Source: Arcobacteraceae bacterium (lineage in GTDB: Bacteria; Campylobacterota; Campylobacteria; Campylobacterales; Arcobacteraceae). Taken from it: 64,000 nt of DNA. Positions 29,807-39,450 of the stretch are shown piece by piece. Location: contig JBLWVX010000008.1 in NCBI GenBank assembly GCA_048268245.1, positions 17,127 to 81,126 on the forward strand, written 5' to 3'. A program made the translations under genes and the position numbers. The stretch's first letter is position 1. Every line of letters begins with the position of its first letter. The notes beneath the pieces were generated by a model. It saw only the letters and a program-made list of their open reading frames with translations, was not told the origin of the DNA and made no database searches.

Positions 29807-30262
29807 TTATAATTTTTCAACAACAAAAATTGGCATATCATATTCAACAGGGTCACCGTCTTTTACTAATACTTCAACAATCTTACAATCAAACTCTGCT
29901 TCAACTTCATTCATAATTTTCATTGCTTCTAAGATACATAAAGTTTGACCTTTTTTAACAGTATCTCCAACTTTTACAAATGCTGGTGCTTCAGGAGATG
30001 GAGAAGCGTAGAAAGTTCCTACCATTGGTGATTTAATACTTTCACCTGCTAAAGCAGCAGCTGGTGTAGCTTGTGCTACAGGTGCTGCAACTGGTGCTGC
30101 AGGAGCAGCTTGTACTAATGCTGGCTCACTTGAAGTAACAATAGTACCAGATTCAAAACCTTTTTGCATAGCAATTTCAAACTCACCTTCTTTTACTTTA
30201 AGTTTGTTAAGCTCACTCTTATCAAATACTCTTATTAGTTCTTTTATTTCTTTAAAATCCAT
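29807..30262 (-). CDS. accB: Biotin carboxyl carrier protein
   Basis: Ala/Pro linker, SPMVGTFY, EAMK biotinylation motif. Confidence 0.97.
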   Translation of the reverse strand: MDFKEIKELIRVFDKSELNKLKVKEGEFEIAMQKGFESGTIVTSSEPALVQAAPAAPVAAPVAQATPAAALAGESIKSPMVGTFYASPSPEAPAFVKVGDTVKKGQTLCILEAMKIMNEVEAEFDCKIVEVLVKDGDPVEYDMPIFVVEKL

Positions 30263-30433
30263 AATCAGCCTTTTAATTCGTCAAATTTTTTAGATATATT
30301 ATCAAAAGTTAGATTATAACTAAATTTTTAACATATAATAAAAGCTTCCTTTAAGGAAAAAACTAATTTTTTTTATAAATTTAATATTATTCAATTAAAT
30401 TTGCTATAATTTAAAAAATTTTATAGGAATAAA

Positions 30434-30874
30434 ATGCTTAATGATCAAACATTTATAAATATAGCACATGAGATTGCAAGTGCTTCAAAATGTGTATCTA
30501 AACAAGTTGGTGCAGTAATTGTAAAAGATGGAAGAATTCTATCAACTGGTTACAATGGTACTCCATCAGGATATACAAACTGTACTGACCACTGGAAAGG
30601 TGAATATACAAAAGATCATCACGACTGGTCTAAAACATATGAAATACATGCTGAAATGAATGCAATAATTTGGGCAGCAAGAAAAGGTATCAGTATTGAA
30701 GAGGCTACTATTTATGTAACATTAGAGCCGTGTAGTGAGTGTTCAAAAAACTTAATAGCTGCAGGTATTAAAAGAATAGTTTATGATAGAGCATATGAAC
30801 ATACAAATTCAGAAGTAGTGTCAAAGTTTATAAAAGACAATAATGTAGTAATAGAACAGGTACAGAAAAATTAG
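30434..30874 (+). CDS. dCMP deaminase family protein
   Basis: TGYNG, HAEMNA, PCSEC zinc motif. Confidence 0.92.
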   Translation: MLNDQTFINIAHEIASASKCVSKQVGAVIVKDGRILSTGYNGTPSGYTNCTDHWKGEYTKDHHDWSKTYEIHAEMNAIIWAARKGISIEEATIYVTLEPCSECSKNLIAAGIKRIVYDRAYEHTNSEVVSKFIKDNNVVIEQVQKN

Positions 30875-31472
30875 TTTTAACAGAAAATACAAAATTGGTA
30901 GTAAATATAACCATTCTTTCTATAATCATGTAATTAAAAAACATGGAATAAGTCATGAAGCAGTACACTGGCAATCAAAATATACTCAATACAAAAGATT
31001 TGAGATTTTAACATCTTTTATAATTGATGACATAAAACAAAGTAGTATTGTAGATGCAGGTTGTGGCTTTGCAGAATTCTATATTTATCTTAAAAAAAAC
31101 TCTTTAGAACCTAAAGAGTATATAGGTTTAGATATGGAAGAAGATATGATTAAACTTGCAAAAAAAAGACTTAATCATTTAGATTTAAAAGTATCAAATA
31201 TTCTAAAAGAAACCCTTTTAATAAAAGACTACTATATATGTAGTGGGGCATTAAATATTCTAACAAAAGAAGAAACACTAATTTTTATAAGTAAATGTTT
31301 CAATAACTCAAGTAAAGGTTTTATTTTTAATTTTTTAAAAAAAGACACTCTTAACAATGTCGACTACAATGATATTATCGAGTTTTGCAGGGAACTTCCA
31401 TGTGAGATAAAAGTACAAAATGGTTACTTGGATAATGACATAAGTGTGTACTTAAAGAAATCACTTGACTAA
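30870..31472 (+). CDS. Class I SAM-dependent methyltransferase lacking a canonical start codon
   Basis: Frame open from 30855: ...FYNHVIKKHGISHEAVHWQSKYTQYKRFEIL...IVDAGCGF...YIGLDM; first ATG (31134) lies downstream of motif I; start 30870 (ATT) is a guess. Confidence 0.7.
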   Translation: MSFNRKYKIGSKYNHSFYNHVIKKHGISHEAVHWQSKYTQYKRFEILTSFIIDDIKQSSIVDAGCGFAEFYIYLKKNSLEPKEYIGLDMEEDMIKLAKKRLNHLDLKVSNILKETLLIKDYYICSGALNILTKEETLIFISKCFNNSSKGFIFNFLKKDTLNNVDYNDIIEFCRELPCEIKVQNGYLDNDISVYLKKSLD

Positions 31473-31493
31473 TTAGTTAAGTAAAACTCAAAA

Positions 31494-31526
31494 TATCATA
31501 CATATTTCATACGCAAATTATAGAAT
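31494..31526 (+). promoter_or_regulatory. lutA promoter with direct-repeat box
   Basis: TATCAT-acata-TTTCAT-acgcaaatta-TAGAAT. Confidence 0.65.
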
Positions 31527-31552
31527 TAGTCTATAACAACAAAGGAGTATGT

Positions 31553-32302
31553 ATGAAAGTTGGTCTATTTATTCCATGTTTTATGAATGAACTTTACCCA
31601 GACATTTGTAAAGCAACATATAAAGTATTAAAAAAACAAGGTTTAGAGATTGATTATCCAATAAATCAAACTTGCTGTGGTCAACCTATGGCAAACTCAG
31701 GATGTTCAAGAGATATAGAAACTTTAGCAAAACAATTCGTAAAAAACTTCAAAGACTATGACTATATAGTTGCCCCTAGTGGATCATGTGTTGCAATGGT
31801 AAAAGAACATTATACACCATTTTTCAATAATGACTCAGACTACAATAAAGTAAAAGCTTCTATTTATGAAGTATGTGAATTTTTACATGATGTAATAGGT
31901 ATTGAAAATCTGAAAATTGATGTAAGTTTTGCTCATAAAGTAGGTCTTCATAATTCATGTCATGGACACAGAGCTTTAAAACTTGGAACTGCAAGTGAAC
32001 TTAATGTTCCTTATAACTCAAAATTAGAAAACATCTTAAATATAGTAAAAGACATTGAACTAGTTGAACTTAAAAGAAAAGATGAATGTTGTGGATTTGG
32101 TGGAACATTCTCAGTTGCCCAAGAAGATATATCAGTAGCAATGGGAAAAGATAGAATTAAAGATCATTTAGATTCAGATGCAAAAGTTATGACAGGTGCA
32201 GATATGTCATGCCTTATGCATATGGATGGACTAATAAATAGAAACAACTACCCAATAAAAGTAATGCATATTACACAAATTTTAGCAGGAGAAGAACTAT
32301 GA
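31553..32302 (+). CDS. lutA: L-lactate dehydrogenase complex CCG subunit (LutA/LldE)
   Basis: QTCCGQPMANSG, PSGSC, HNSCH, ECCGFGGTFSV. Confidence 0.92.
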   Translation: MKVGLFIPCFMNELYPDICKATYKVLKKQGLEIDYPINQTCCGQPMANSGCSRDIETLAKQFVKNFKDYDYIVAPSGSCVAMVKEHYTPFFNNDSDYNKVKASIYEVCEFLHDVIGIENLKIDVSFAHKVGLHNSCHGHRALKLGTASELNVPYNSKLENILNIVKDIELVELKRKDECCGFGGTFSVAQEDISVAMGKDRIKDHLDSDAKVMTGADMSCLMHMDGLINRNNYPIKVMHITQILAGEEL

Positions 32303-33669
32303 GTACACATCCAGAGAATGCAAAAAAATTCGTAGCTAATGATGAGAGAATGCACTGGCATGATGAAGCTTTATGGTTTGTAAGAGCAAAAAGAGATTTA
32401 GCTTCTAAATCTATTCCTGAATGGGAACAATTAAGAGAGTATGCAAGTCAAATAAAAACTCATACAATGGCAAATCTTGATAAATATCTTTTAGAATTTG
32501 AAAAAAATGCAAATGCTAAAGGTATTAAAGTTCACTGGGCATCTGACGCTCAAGAGCACAATGAAATTGCATACAGACTTCTAAAAGAAAAAGGCGTAAA
32601 AAAACTTGTAAAATCAAAATCGATGCTAACAGAAGAGTGTCATTTAAATCCTTTCTTAGAGCAAAGAGGAATCGAAGTAATTGATACAGACTTAGGTGAA
32701 AGAATTGTTCAATTAAGAAATGAACCACCTTCACATATTGTACTTCCTGCAATTCACTTAAAGAAAATGGATGTTTCAGATACATTCCATGAAAAATTAG
32801 GTACCCAAAAAGGAAATGATGATCCAACTTATTTAACAAGAGCTGCAAGAGCAAGTCTTAGAGAAGATTTCTTAACAGCAGATGCAGGTATGACAGGAGT
32901 TAACTTTGCTATTGCAAATACAGGTGGAGTTGTTGTTTGTACCAACGAAGGGAATGCAGATATGGGTGCTTCAGTTCCAAAGTTACATATAGCTTCAATG
33001 GGAATGGAAAAAATCATTCCAAGATTAGAAGACTTATCAGTATTTACAAGATTACTTGCAAGAAGTGCAACAGGTCAGCCTATTACTTCATATACTTCAC
33101 ATTTCCATGCACCTATTGAGGGTGGAGAAATGCATATAATTATTGTAGATAATAAAAGAAGTGAATTTTTAAGTTCTTCAAAATACAAAAAAGCTCTAAA
33201 CTGTATTAGATGTGGAGCATGTATGAATACTTGTCCTGTATATAGAAGAAGTGGAGGGCACTCTTATGAATATACTATTCCTGGACCAATTGGTTCTATT
33301 TTAGGTGCAGTAAAAGAACCTGAAAAACATAGTAGTTTACCTTTTGCTTGTACATTATGTGGATCATGTTCTCATGTTTGTCCTGCAAAAATTGATTTAG
33401 ACTCTCAACTTTATGCAAGAAGACAAGACTTAAGTGAAATGAAACTTATAGATCCTAAGAAAAAAATGGCAATGAAAGTTACTGCATGGCTTATGAGTAA
33501 ACCAAGTTTATTTAATCTAGCTGGAAAAATTGCAAGAAAAGTTGTTCCTAAACTTCCAAATTCACTTGTATACAATAAATCAAATGTATGGGGAAGACAA
33601 AGAGACTTACCTAAAATGCCAGAGAAGAGCTTTAAAGAGATGTTTGAACAAGGAGAATTAGATGACTAG
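32299..33669 (+). CDS. lutB: L-lactate utilisation Fe-S subunit (LutB/LldF)
   Basis: KSKSM, TDLGE, PSHIVLPAIH, TNEGN, CIRCGACMNTCP, CTLCGSCSHVCP. Confidence 0.94.
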   Translation: MSTHPENAKKFVANDERMHWHDEALWFVRAKRDLASKSIPEWEQLREYASQIKTHTMANLDKYLLEFEKNANAKGIKVHWASDAQEHNEIAYRLLKEKGVKKLVKSKSMLTEECHLNPFLEQRGIEVIDTDLGERIVQLRNEPPSHIVLPAIHLKKMDVSDTFHEKLGTQKGNDDPTYLTRAARASLREDFLTADAGMTGVNFAIANTGGVVVCTNEGNADMGASVPKLHIASMGMEKIIPRLEDLSVFTRLLARSATGQPITSYTSHFHAPIEGGEMHIIIVDNKRSEFLSSSKYKKALNCIRCGACMNTCPVYRRSGGHSYEYTIPGPIGSILGAVKEPEKHSSLPFACTLCGSCSHVCPAKIDLDSQLYARRQDLSEMKLIDPKKKMAMKVTAWLMSKPSLFNLAGKIARKVVPKLPNSLVYNKSNVWGRQRDLPKMPEKSFKEMFEQGELDD

Positions 33670-34252
33670 TAAAGAAAAAATTTTAAATAGCATTAGAAAA
33701 AACAATGTAGTTGAAAATGTTGAACTTCCAAATTCATATGAAAACTTTGGTTTAACTTTTGAAGATAAGTTCGAAAAATTCTCTACTATGATTGAATCAG
33801 TAGGAGGAAAAGCCTTATTAATTGATAAAGCTGATTTAGAAAAAACAATAAGTGAACTTTATCCTGATGAAAAAATAATAGCTTCAAATGTTGAAGGCTT
33901 ATCATTAAAAAACTTTGATGCAAATGAAAAAGATGATGCTCATGAACTAAAAGATATTGATTTAGCAGTTGTAAAAGGCAATTTTGCAATAGCTGAAAAT
34001 GGTGCTGTATGGATGAAAAATGAAGATAATAGACATAGAGCTTTATACTTTATAGCACAAAATATTGTAACAGTTTTAGACGAAAAAGATATTTTAAATA
34101 ATATGCATGAAGCATATACTAAAATCAATTTTGAAGACAAAGGTTATGGTGTATTTATTTCAGGACCATCAAAAACTGCTGATATTGAACAATCGTTGGT
34201 AATTGGTGCCCACGGACCTAAATCTGGATATGTAATTTTTACTAAATCTTGA
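33662..34252 (+). CDS. lutC: LUD-domain lactate utilisation protein (LutC/LldG)
   Basis: IAENG, ISGPSKTADIEQSLVIGAHGP. Confidence 0.92.
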   Translation: MTSKEKILNSIRKNNVVENVELPNSYENFGLTFEDKFEKFSTMIESVGGKALLIDKADLEKTISELYPDEKIIASNVEGLSLKNFDANEKDDAHELKDIDLAVVKGNFAIAENGAVWMKNEDNRHRALYFIAQNIVTVLDEKDILNNMHEAYTKINFEDKGYGVFISGPSKTADIEQSLVIGAHGPKSGYVIFTKS

Positions 34253-34279
34253 TATAATAGCCAAATAGAAGGGTCTTTA

Positions 34280-36472
34280 ATGAAAAAACTTATACTATTT
34301 AGCTTATTAATAATCAATTTTTTATATGCAAATAATACAAAAGAGGTGTTATTACTTCACTCATATCATAAAGGATATATTTGGAGTGATGACATTTCAA
34401 AAACTATAGAACAAGCATTTTCAAAATACAAGAATATCGAACTTACTACAGTTTATATGGATACAAAACATGTAGCAGATCCAATTTACTTGGATAAACT
34501 AGCAGCTTTATATAAAGAGCAATTTAAAACAAGAAACTTTGATCTAATAATTGCTAGTGATAATAATGCTTTTGATTTTACTATTAGATACCATGACTAC
34601 CTTTTCAAAGACTTACCTGTACTTTTTTGTGGAATAAATAATTTTGATGAAGCATTACTTGATGAAAACAATATGAAAAAGTATATGACAGGAGTAGTTG
34701 AGCAAGTAGATTTAGAAAAAAACTTTGAACTTATAAAAGATTTACACCCAAATATCAATAAACTTCTAATTATAAATGATAGATCAAAAACAGGTTTAGC
34801 GGTAAAAAGAGACCTAAGAAATATAATAAAGAAATATGAAAAACAGTTCAAAGTAGAGTATGTTGATAAAATGGAGATTGAAAATTTAAAAGATAAAGTC
34901 TCTAAACTAGGAAAAAATGATGTTATTTTGTTTGTTCTTTTATTTAAAGATACTACAGAAAAATACTTCACATATAAACAAAGTTTTTTAGAGATAAAAG
35001 CAGTTAGTAATGTTCCTATATATGGACTTTGGGATTTTTATCTAAATTATGGGATTGTTGGGGGACTTTTAACATCAGCAATTGCACAAGGAGAATCTGT
35101 ATCAAGAATGGCTATAGATGTTTTAAATGGTAAAAAAATTAAAGATATTCCAGTTATAGATAAGTCTCCTAATAGATATATGTTTGATTATAATGAAGTT
35201 GAAAAATTTGACATCCAAATTGACAATTATTTAAGTGACTATATTTTAATAAATGAACCAAATGCTGTATATAGAAAGTTTATAAAGTTTATTGTTCTAG
35301 CTATTATTATAATCATGGTTTTAAGTATTATAGTTGTAGTTTTAAGAGCAAATATAAAAAGAAGAAAAAAACTAGAACTTGCATTATCAAATCAACTTGA
35401 ATTTGACAAAGTACTGCTTGATACTATTCCAAATCCTATTTATTATAAAAATGTTGAAGGTAAATTTTTAGGTTGTAACCTAAGTTTTGCAAACTTAGTA
35501 AGCAAAGATAGAAATGAAATTATAGGAAAAAGTGCTTTTGACTTTTTCCCATATGAAGTTGCCTTAAAAAATACAAATATTGACCAAGAGTTAATGCAAA
35601 CTTTTAGTACAAGTACTTCTGAATTTACTTTTTATACTTCATCTAGTCATATGAAACATATCATTTTAAATAAAGCTGTTTATAAAAATATAGATGGAAG
35701 CGTAGGTGGAATTGTATGTATTATGGATGATATTACTGAAAGAGTTCAACAAAAACAGTTTTTAATCCAACAAAGTAAATTAGCTGAAATGGGTGATATG
35801 ATTGCAGCAATTGCCCACCAATGGAATGAGCCATTAATAGAACTATCAGCACAAGTACAAGATATTCAAACTTCGTATCTTTTAAATGAACTAAAAGATA
35901 CAGATGTAAAAGACTTTGTAAATGACTCAATGATTCAAATAAAATACATGTCAAAAACGCTAAGTGACTTTAGAAATTTCCTAAAACCATCAACAAAGAA
36001 AAAGCTATTCTCAATTTCAAAAGCTTTAAATGAAATAAATGAGATTATTGGAAAACAAATATTCTACTCAAATATAAATATGTCATTTAACTACAAAAAC
36101 AATAATGAAGAGCTTTTAATATATGGATATGAAAATGAGTTTAAACAAGTTTTATTAAATCTTATCAATAATTCAAAAAACAAAATTCTTGAAAAAAACA
36201 ACCCTCACACACAAAAAGGAAATATTGATATAAATATTCAAAGGGATGATAATTATAATATAATAGAGATATGTGATGATGGTGGAGCCATTGAAGAAAA
36301 AATCATAAATTCAATTTTCCAACCTTATTTTACTACTAAAAAAGATGGTACAGGAATTGGTTTATATATGGCAAAAGTTATAATTGAAGACAAAATGAGA
36401 GGTTCTATTACAGTGAAAAATGACCATAATAATGTTATCTTTACAATAAAACTTCCCAATAAAAAGGTTTAA
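34280..36472 (+). CDS. Membrane sensor histidine kinase (periplasmic binding-protein-like domain, TM, PAS, kinase)
   Basis: LLLHSYHKG extracytoplasmic domain, TM, PNPIYYK PAS, AHQWNEPL H-box, FTTK, GTGIGL. Confidence 0.93.
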   Translation: MKKLILFSLLIINFLYANNTKEVLLLHSYHKGYIWSDDISKTIEQAFSKYKNIELTTVYMDTKHVADPIYLDKLAALYKEQFKTRNFDLIIASDNNAFDFTIRYHDYLFKDLPVLFCGINNFDEALLDENNMKKYMTGVVEQVDLEKNFELIKDLHPNINKLLIINDRSKTGLAVKRDLRNIIKKYEKQFKVEYVDKMEIENLKDKVSKLGKNDVILFVLLFKDTTEKYFTYKQSFLEIKAVSNVPIYGLWDFYLNYGIVGGLLTSAIAQGESVSRMAIDVLNGKKIKDIPVIDKSPNRYMFDYNEVEKFDIQIDNYLSDYILINEPNAVYRKFIKFIVLAIIIIMVLSIIVVVLRANIKRRKKLELALSNQLEFDKVLLDTIPNPIYYKNVEGKFLGCNLSFANLVSKDRNEIIGKSAFDFFPYEVALKNTNIDQELMQTFSTSTSEFTFYTSSSHMKHIILNKAVYKNIDGSVGGIVCIMDDITERVQQKQFLIQQSKLAEMGDMIAAIAHQWNEPLIELSAQVQDIQTSYLLNELKDTDVKDFVNDSMIQIKYMSKTLSDFRNFLKPSTKKKLFSISKALNEINEIIGKQIFYSNINMSFNYKNNNEELLIYGYENEFKQVLLNLINNSKNKILEKNNPHTQKGNIDINIQRDDNYNIIEICDDGGAIEEKIINSIFQPYFTTKKDGTGIGLYMAKVIIEDKMRGSITVKNDHNNVIFTIKLPNKKV

Positions 36473-36473
36473 A

Positions 36474-37115
36474 GTGAAAATTTTACTTTTAGAAGACAAC
36501 AAAAAACTAAATGAAACAATAAAAAAAAGACTTAAACTTAAAGGTTATGCAGTTGAAGCATATACAGATGGAGCAGAAGTTTATGAAAAAATTACAGATG
36601 GATATAGCTGTTTTATCTTAGATATAAATGTTCCAAATGTTGATGGAATAAAAATCCTAAAAAGAATTAGAGAATTTTATGAAACTATTCCTGTGATTAT
36701 AATTTCAGCAAGTGTAGAACTAGATGTAATTAAGGAGTCTTATGACTTTGGATGTAATGATTATCTAAAAAAACCTTTCTTTATAGATGAACTTGAAATA
36801 AAAATTGAGAAGTTATGTAACATTCAAGATGATTATTTACATTTTGACAAAGATTGTTATTTTGATTATAAATCCTCAACTGTTGTTATAGACAAGCAAG
36901 AGTATAGACTTACAAAAAAAGAAAGACTTTTAATGAACTTATTTTTAACTAAAAAAAATCAGGTTTTATCTTATGAAAGTATTGAAAATTACGTATGGGA
37001 AGGAAGTTTTGCTTCTTTAGAGTCCATAAGAAGTTTAATAAGAAGACTAAGAAAAGTTCTTCAAAGAGACTATATCCAAACAGTAGTAGATACGGGGTAT
37101 ATTTTTAAAACTTAA
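36474..37115 (+). CDS. OmpR-family response regulator
   Basis: LLEDN, ILDINVP, KP, winged-helix IRRLRK; GTG start. Confidence 0.93.
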   Translation: MKILLLEDNKKLNETIKKRLKLKGYAVEAYTDGAEVYEKITDGYSCFILDINVPNVDGIKILKRIREFYETIPVIIISASVELDVIKESYDFGCNDYLKKPFFIDELEIKIEKLCNIQDDYLHFDKDCYFDYKSSTVVIDKQEYRLTKKERLLMNLFLTKKNQVLSYESIENYVWEGSFASLESIRSLIRRLRKVLQRDYIQTVVDTGYIFKT

Positions 37116-37120
37116 ACTCT

Positions 37121-37639
37121 CTAAAGTCTCAAAGAGGCTTTCATTTGAGAATATAACTCTTCATATTCATCCTTACTTAATACCCTTCCATGGGATAAAA
37201 AAAGAAGTTCCAAACTCTCTTGTTCTTTTCTAAAAGGCACTTGATAGTGTTTAAAATCATTTACTTTAAAATCAAATTTTTCATAAAACCTTAATCTTTT
37301 TTTACTAATTTCATCCCTTATCAACTCTATTTCTAAAACCACTTGTTTATTTCTATCTAATAAACTGTTCAAAATTTTTGAACCATAAGACTTTCCTCTA
37401 AAGCCTGATTCAACGGCAAAGTGCTCAATAAATCTAAATTTATCAAAATCCCAATAAAATACTATTCCCACAAAATCATTTTCATCTAAATAAGCATATG
37501 TTTTATACCTACTATCATTTTGAATTTGTTTTTGTTCATCTATATTTCTTCTCTCAATTTTGGGAAAAGAAGTTTCATAAAGTTCCCAAGCTTTATAAAA
37601 TAAATCACTATTTTTTATATCCATAGCTACCAATGGCAT
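37121..37639 (-). CDS. GNAT acetyltransferase
   Basis: FIEHFAV..FRGKSYGS motif A, RLRFYEKFDF. Confidence 0.85.
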   Translation of the reverse strand: MPLVAMDIKNSDLFYKAWELYETSFPKIERRNIDEQKQIQNDSRYKTYAYLDENDFVGIVFYWDFDKFRFIEHFAVESGFRGKSYGSKILNSLLDRNKQVVLEIELIRDEISKKRLRFYEKFDFKVNDFKHYQVPFRKEQESLELLFLSHGRVLSKDEYEELYSQMKASLRL

Positions 37640-37647
37640 TATAAGTC

Positions 37648-38292
37648 CTAACTATTATTTAATAATAGATAATAGCCTCTATTAGATGAAGCTTTAATTG
37701 TAAGAGGGATTTTTTTTCTTAATCTTCTAATTAATGTTCTTATTGCATCAATAGAAGCATACTCACCTTTCCATACATAGTTTTGAATATTCTCATAAGT
37801 AACTAGCTTATTTAAATTTATCGCAAAAAGATTTACAAGTAAACTTTCTTTCTCAGTTAAATTATTTCTCTTATCATTTACTGTTAAAATACTCTCTTTA
37901 AAATTAAAGATGCAAGAGCCTAATATAATTTCATTACTTGGGATATTACATAATTTATCAATTTTTATTTCAAGTTCATCTATAAAAAAAGGTTTTTTTA
38001 GATAATCATTACATCCAAAGTCATAAGACTCCTTAATTACATCTAGTTCAACTGTAGATGAAATTATAATAACAGGGCAGCTCTCATAAAAGTCTCTAAT
38101 TTTTTTTAATATTTTTATACCATCAACATTTGGAACATGAATATCTAAAAGAAAGCATGAATAGCCATTTGTTATATTATCATAAGCCTCTTGTCCACAT
38201 GTATAAGAGTGTACTTTATATCCTTTTAACTCTAGTTTTAGTTTGATTGTCTCATTTAAAGTTTCATTATCTTCTAAAAGTAATATTTTCAT
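37648..38292 (-). CDS. OmpR-family response regulator (paralog of 36474..37115)
   Basis: Shares VELDVIKESYDFGCNDYLKKPFFIDELEIKI with the first regulator. Confidence 0.93.
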   Translation of the reverse strand: MKILLLEDNETLNETIKLKLELKGYKVHSYTCGQEAYDNITNGYSCFLLDIHVPNVDGIKILKKIRDFYESCPVIIISSTVELDVIKESYDFGCNDYLKKPFFIDELEIKIDKLCNIPSNEIILGSCIFNFKESILTVNDKRNNLTEKESLLVNLFAINLNKLVTYENIQNYVWKGEYASIDAIRTLIRRLRKKIPLTIKASSNRGYYLLLNNS

Positions 38293-38300
38293 TTTATACC

Positions 38301-39404
38301 TTATTTGTGTGGAAGTTCTATAGAAAAGATTGCATGCTCACCATTATTTTTAGCAGAAACTTTTCCTGACATCTTATCTTCTATAATAGTTTTTACCATA
38401 TATAAACCAAATCCTGTGCCATTTTCTTTTGTAGTAAAAAAAGGATCAAATATCTGTCCTATTATTTCATCTTTTATAGGTCCTGCATTATCCATAATTT
38501 CCATTACTGTTAAATCTTTTTTATTTCTTAACTTTATTGTAATAGTCCCTTCAAAATCACTGTTTTCATAGGCAGTTGTAATCTTATTTTTTGCATTATT
38601 TATAATATTTAATATAACTTGTTTTAATTGATTTTTGTAGCCAAATATTTTAAATTCTTCATTTTTATCATAATCAAAATCAACTTTTATATTAAAATAA
38701 AAGATCTGTTTACCAACAATATCAAAAATCTCTAAAATTGCTTTTTTCAAGTCAAACTCTTTTTTAACAGTTGAAGGTTTTAAGAAATTTCTAAAATCAC
38801 TTAATGTCTCTGACATATATTGAATAGGAATCATTGAATCAGAAACAAAATTAGAAACTTTTTCTTTATCTATTTGATTAGTAGAATAATAAAGTTCCAT
38901 TTTCTGTACTTGAGCTGAAAGTTCAACCAATGGCTCATTCCATTGATGGGCTATTGAAGCAATCATCTCTCCCATTTCAGCAAACTTACTTTGTTGTATC
39001 AAAATCTCTTTTTCTTTAATTCTTTGAGTTATATCTGTCATTATGCAAACAATACCTTTTACAACGCCTAATTTATCTTGACAAACAGCTTTACTTAAAT
39101 TGTAATATCTAACTTCCCCATCATCTTTTATAAAATGAACTTCATCTTCATAAGGTTGAAGTGTTTTCATTATTTCCTTATCAATTAATTTATTTCTATC
39201 TGCAGCACTTTTAGGAAAGAACTCATAAGCAGATTTGCCTATGATTTCTTTTTTGCATGTATTTGTAAGTTCTGAAAATCGAGTATTACATCTAATAAAA
39301 TCACCCTTTACATCTTTATAATATATAGGGTTAGGTAAAGCATCCAATAAAACATCCTCAAAATTTAATTTCTTCTCTAAATCATAATAGTATTTCTTAT
39401 TCAT
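38301..39404 (-). CDS. Soluble PAS-domain histidine kinase (paralog of the C-terminal half of 34280..36472)
   Basis: No TM; PNPIYYK PAS, AHQWNEPLVELSAQVQ, FTTK, GTGFGL. Confidence 0.92.
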   Translation of the reverse strand: MNKKYYYDLEKKLNFEDVLLDALPNPIYYKDVKGDFIRCNTRFSELTNTCKKEIIGKSAYEFFPKSAADRNKLIDKEIMKTLQPYEDEVHFIKDDGEVRYYNLSKAVCQDKLGVVKGIVCIMTDITQRIKEKEILIQQSKFAEMGEMIASIAHQWNEPLVELSAQVQKMELYYSTNQIDKEKVSNFVSDSMIPIQYMSETLSDFRNFLKPSTVKKEFDLKKAILEIFDIVGKQIFYFNIKVDFDYDKNEEFKIFGYKNQLKQVILNIINNAKNKITTAYENSDFEGTITIKLRNKKDLTVMEIMDNAGPIKDEIIGQIFDPFFTTKENGTGFGLYMVKTIIEDKMSGKVSAKNNGEHAIFSIELPHK

Positions 39405-39450
39405 ATTTATTCCTATATAATTTATAAAAATTATATCATTATATATAAAA

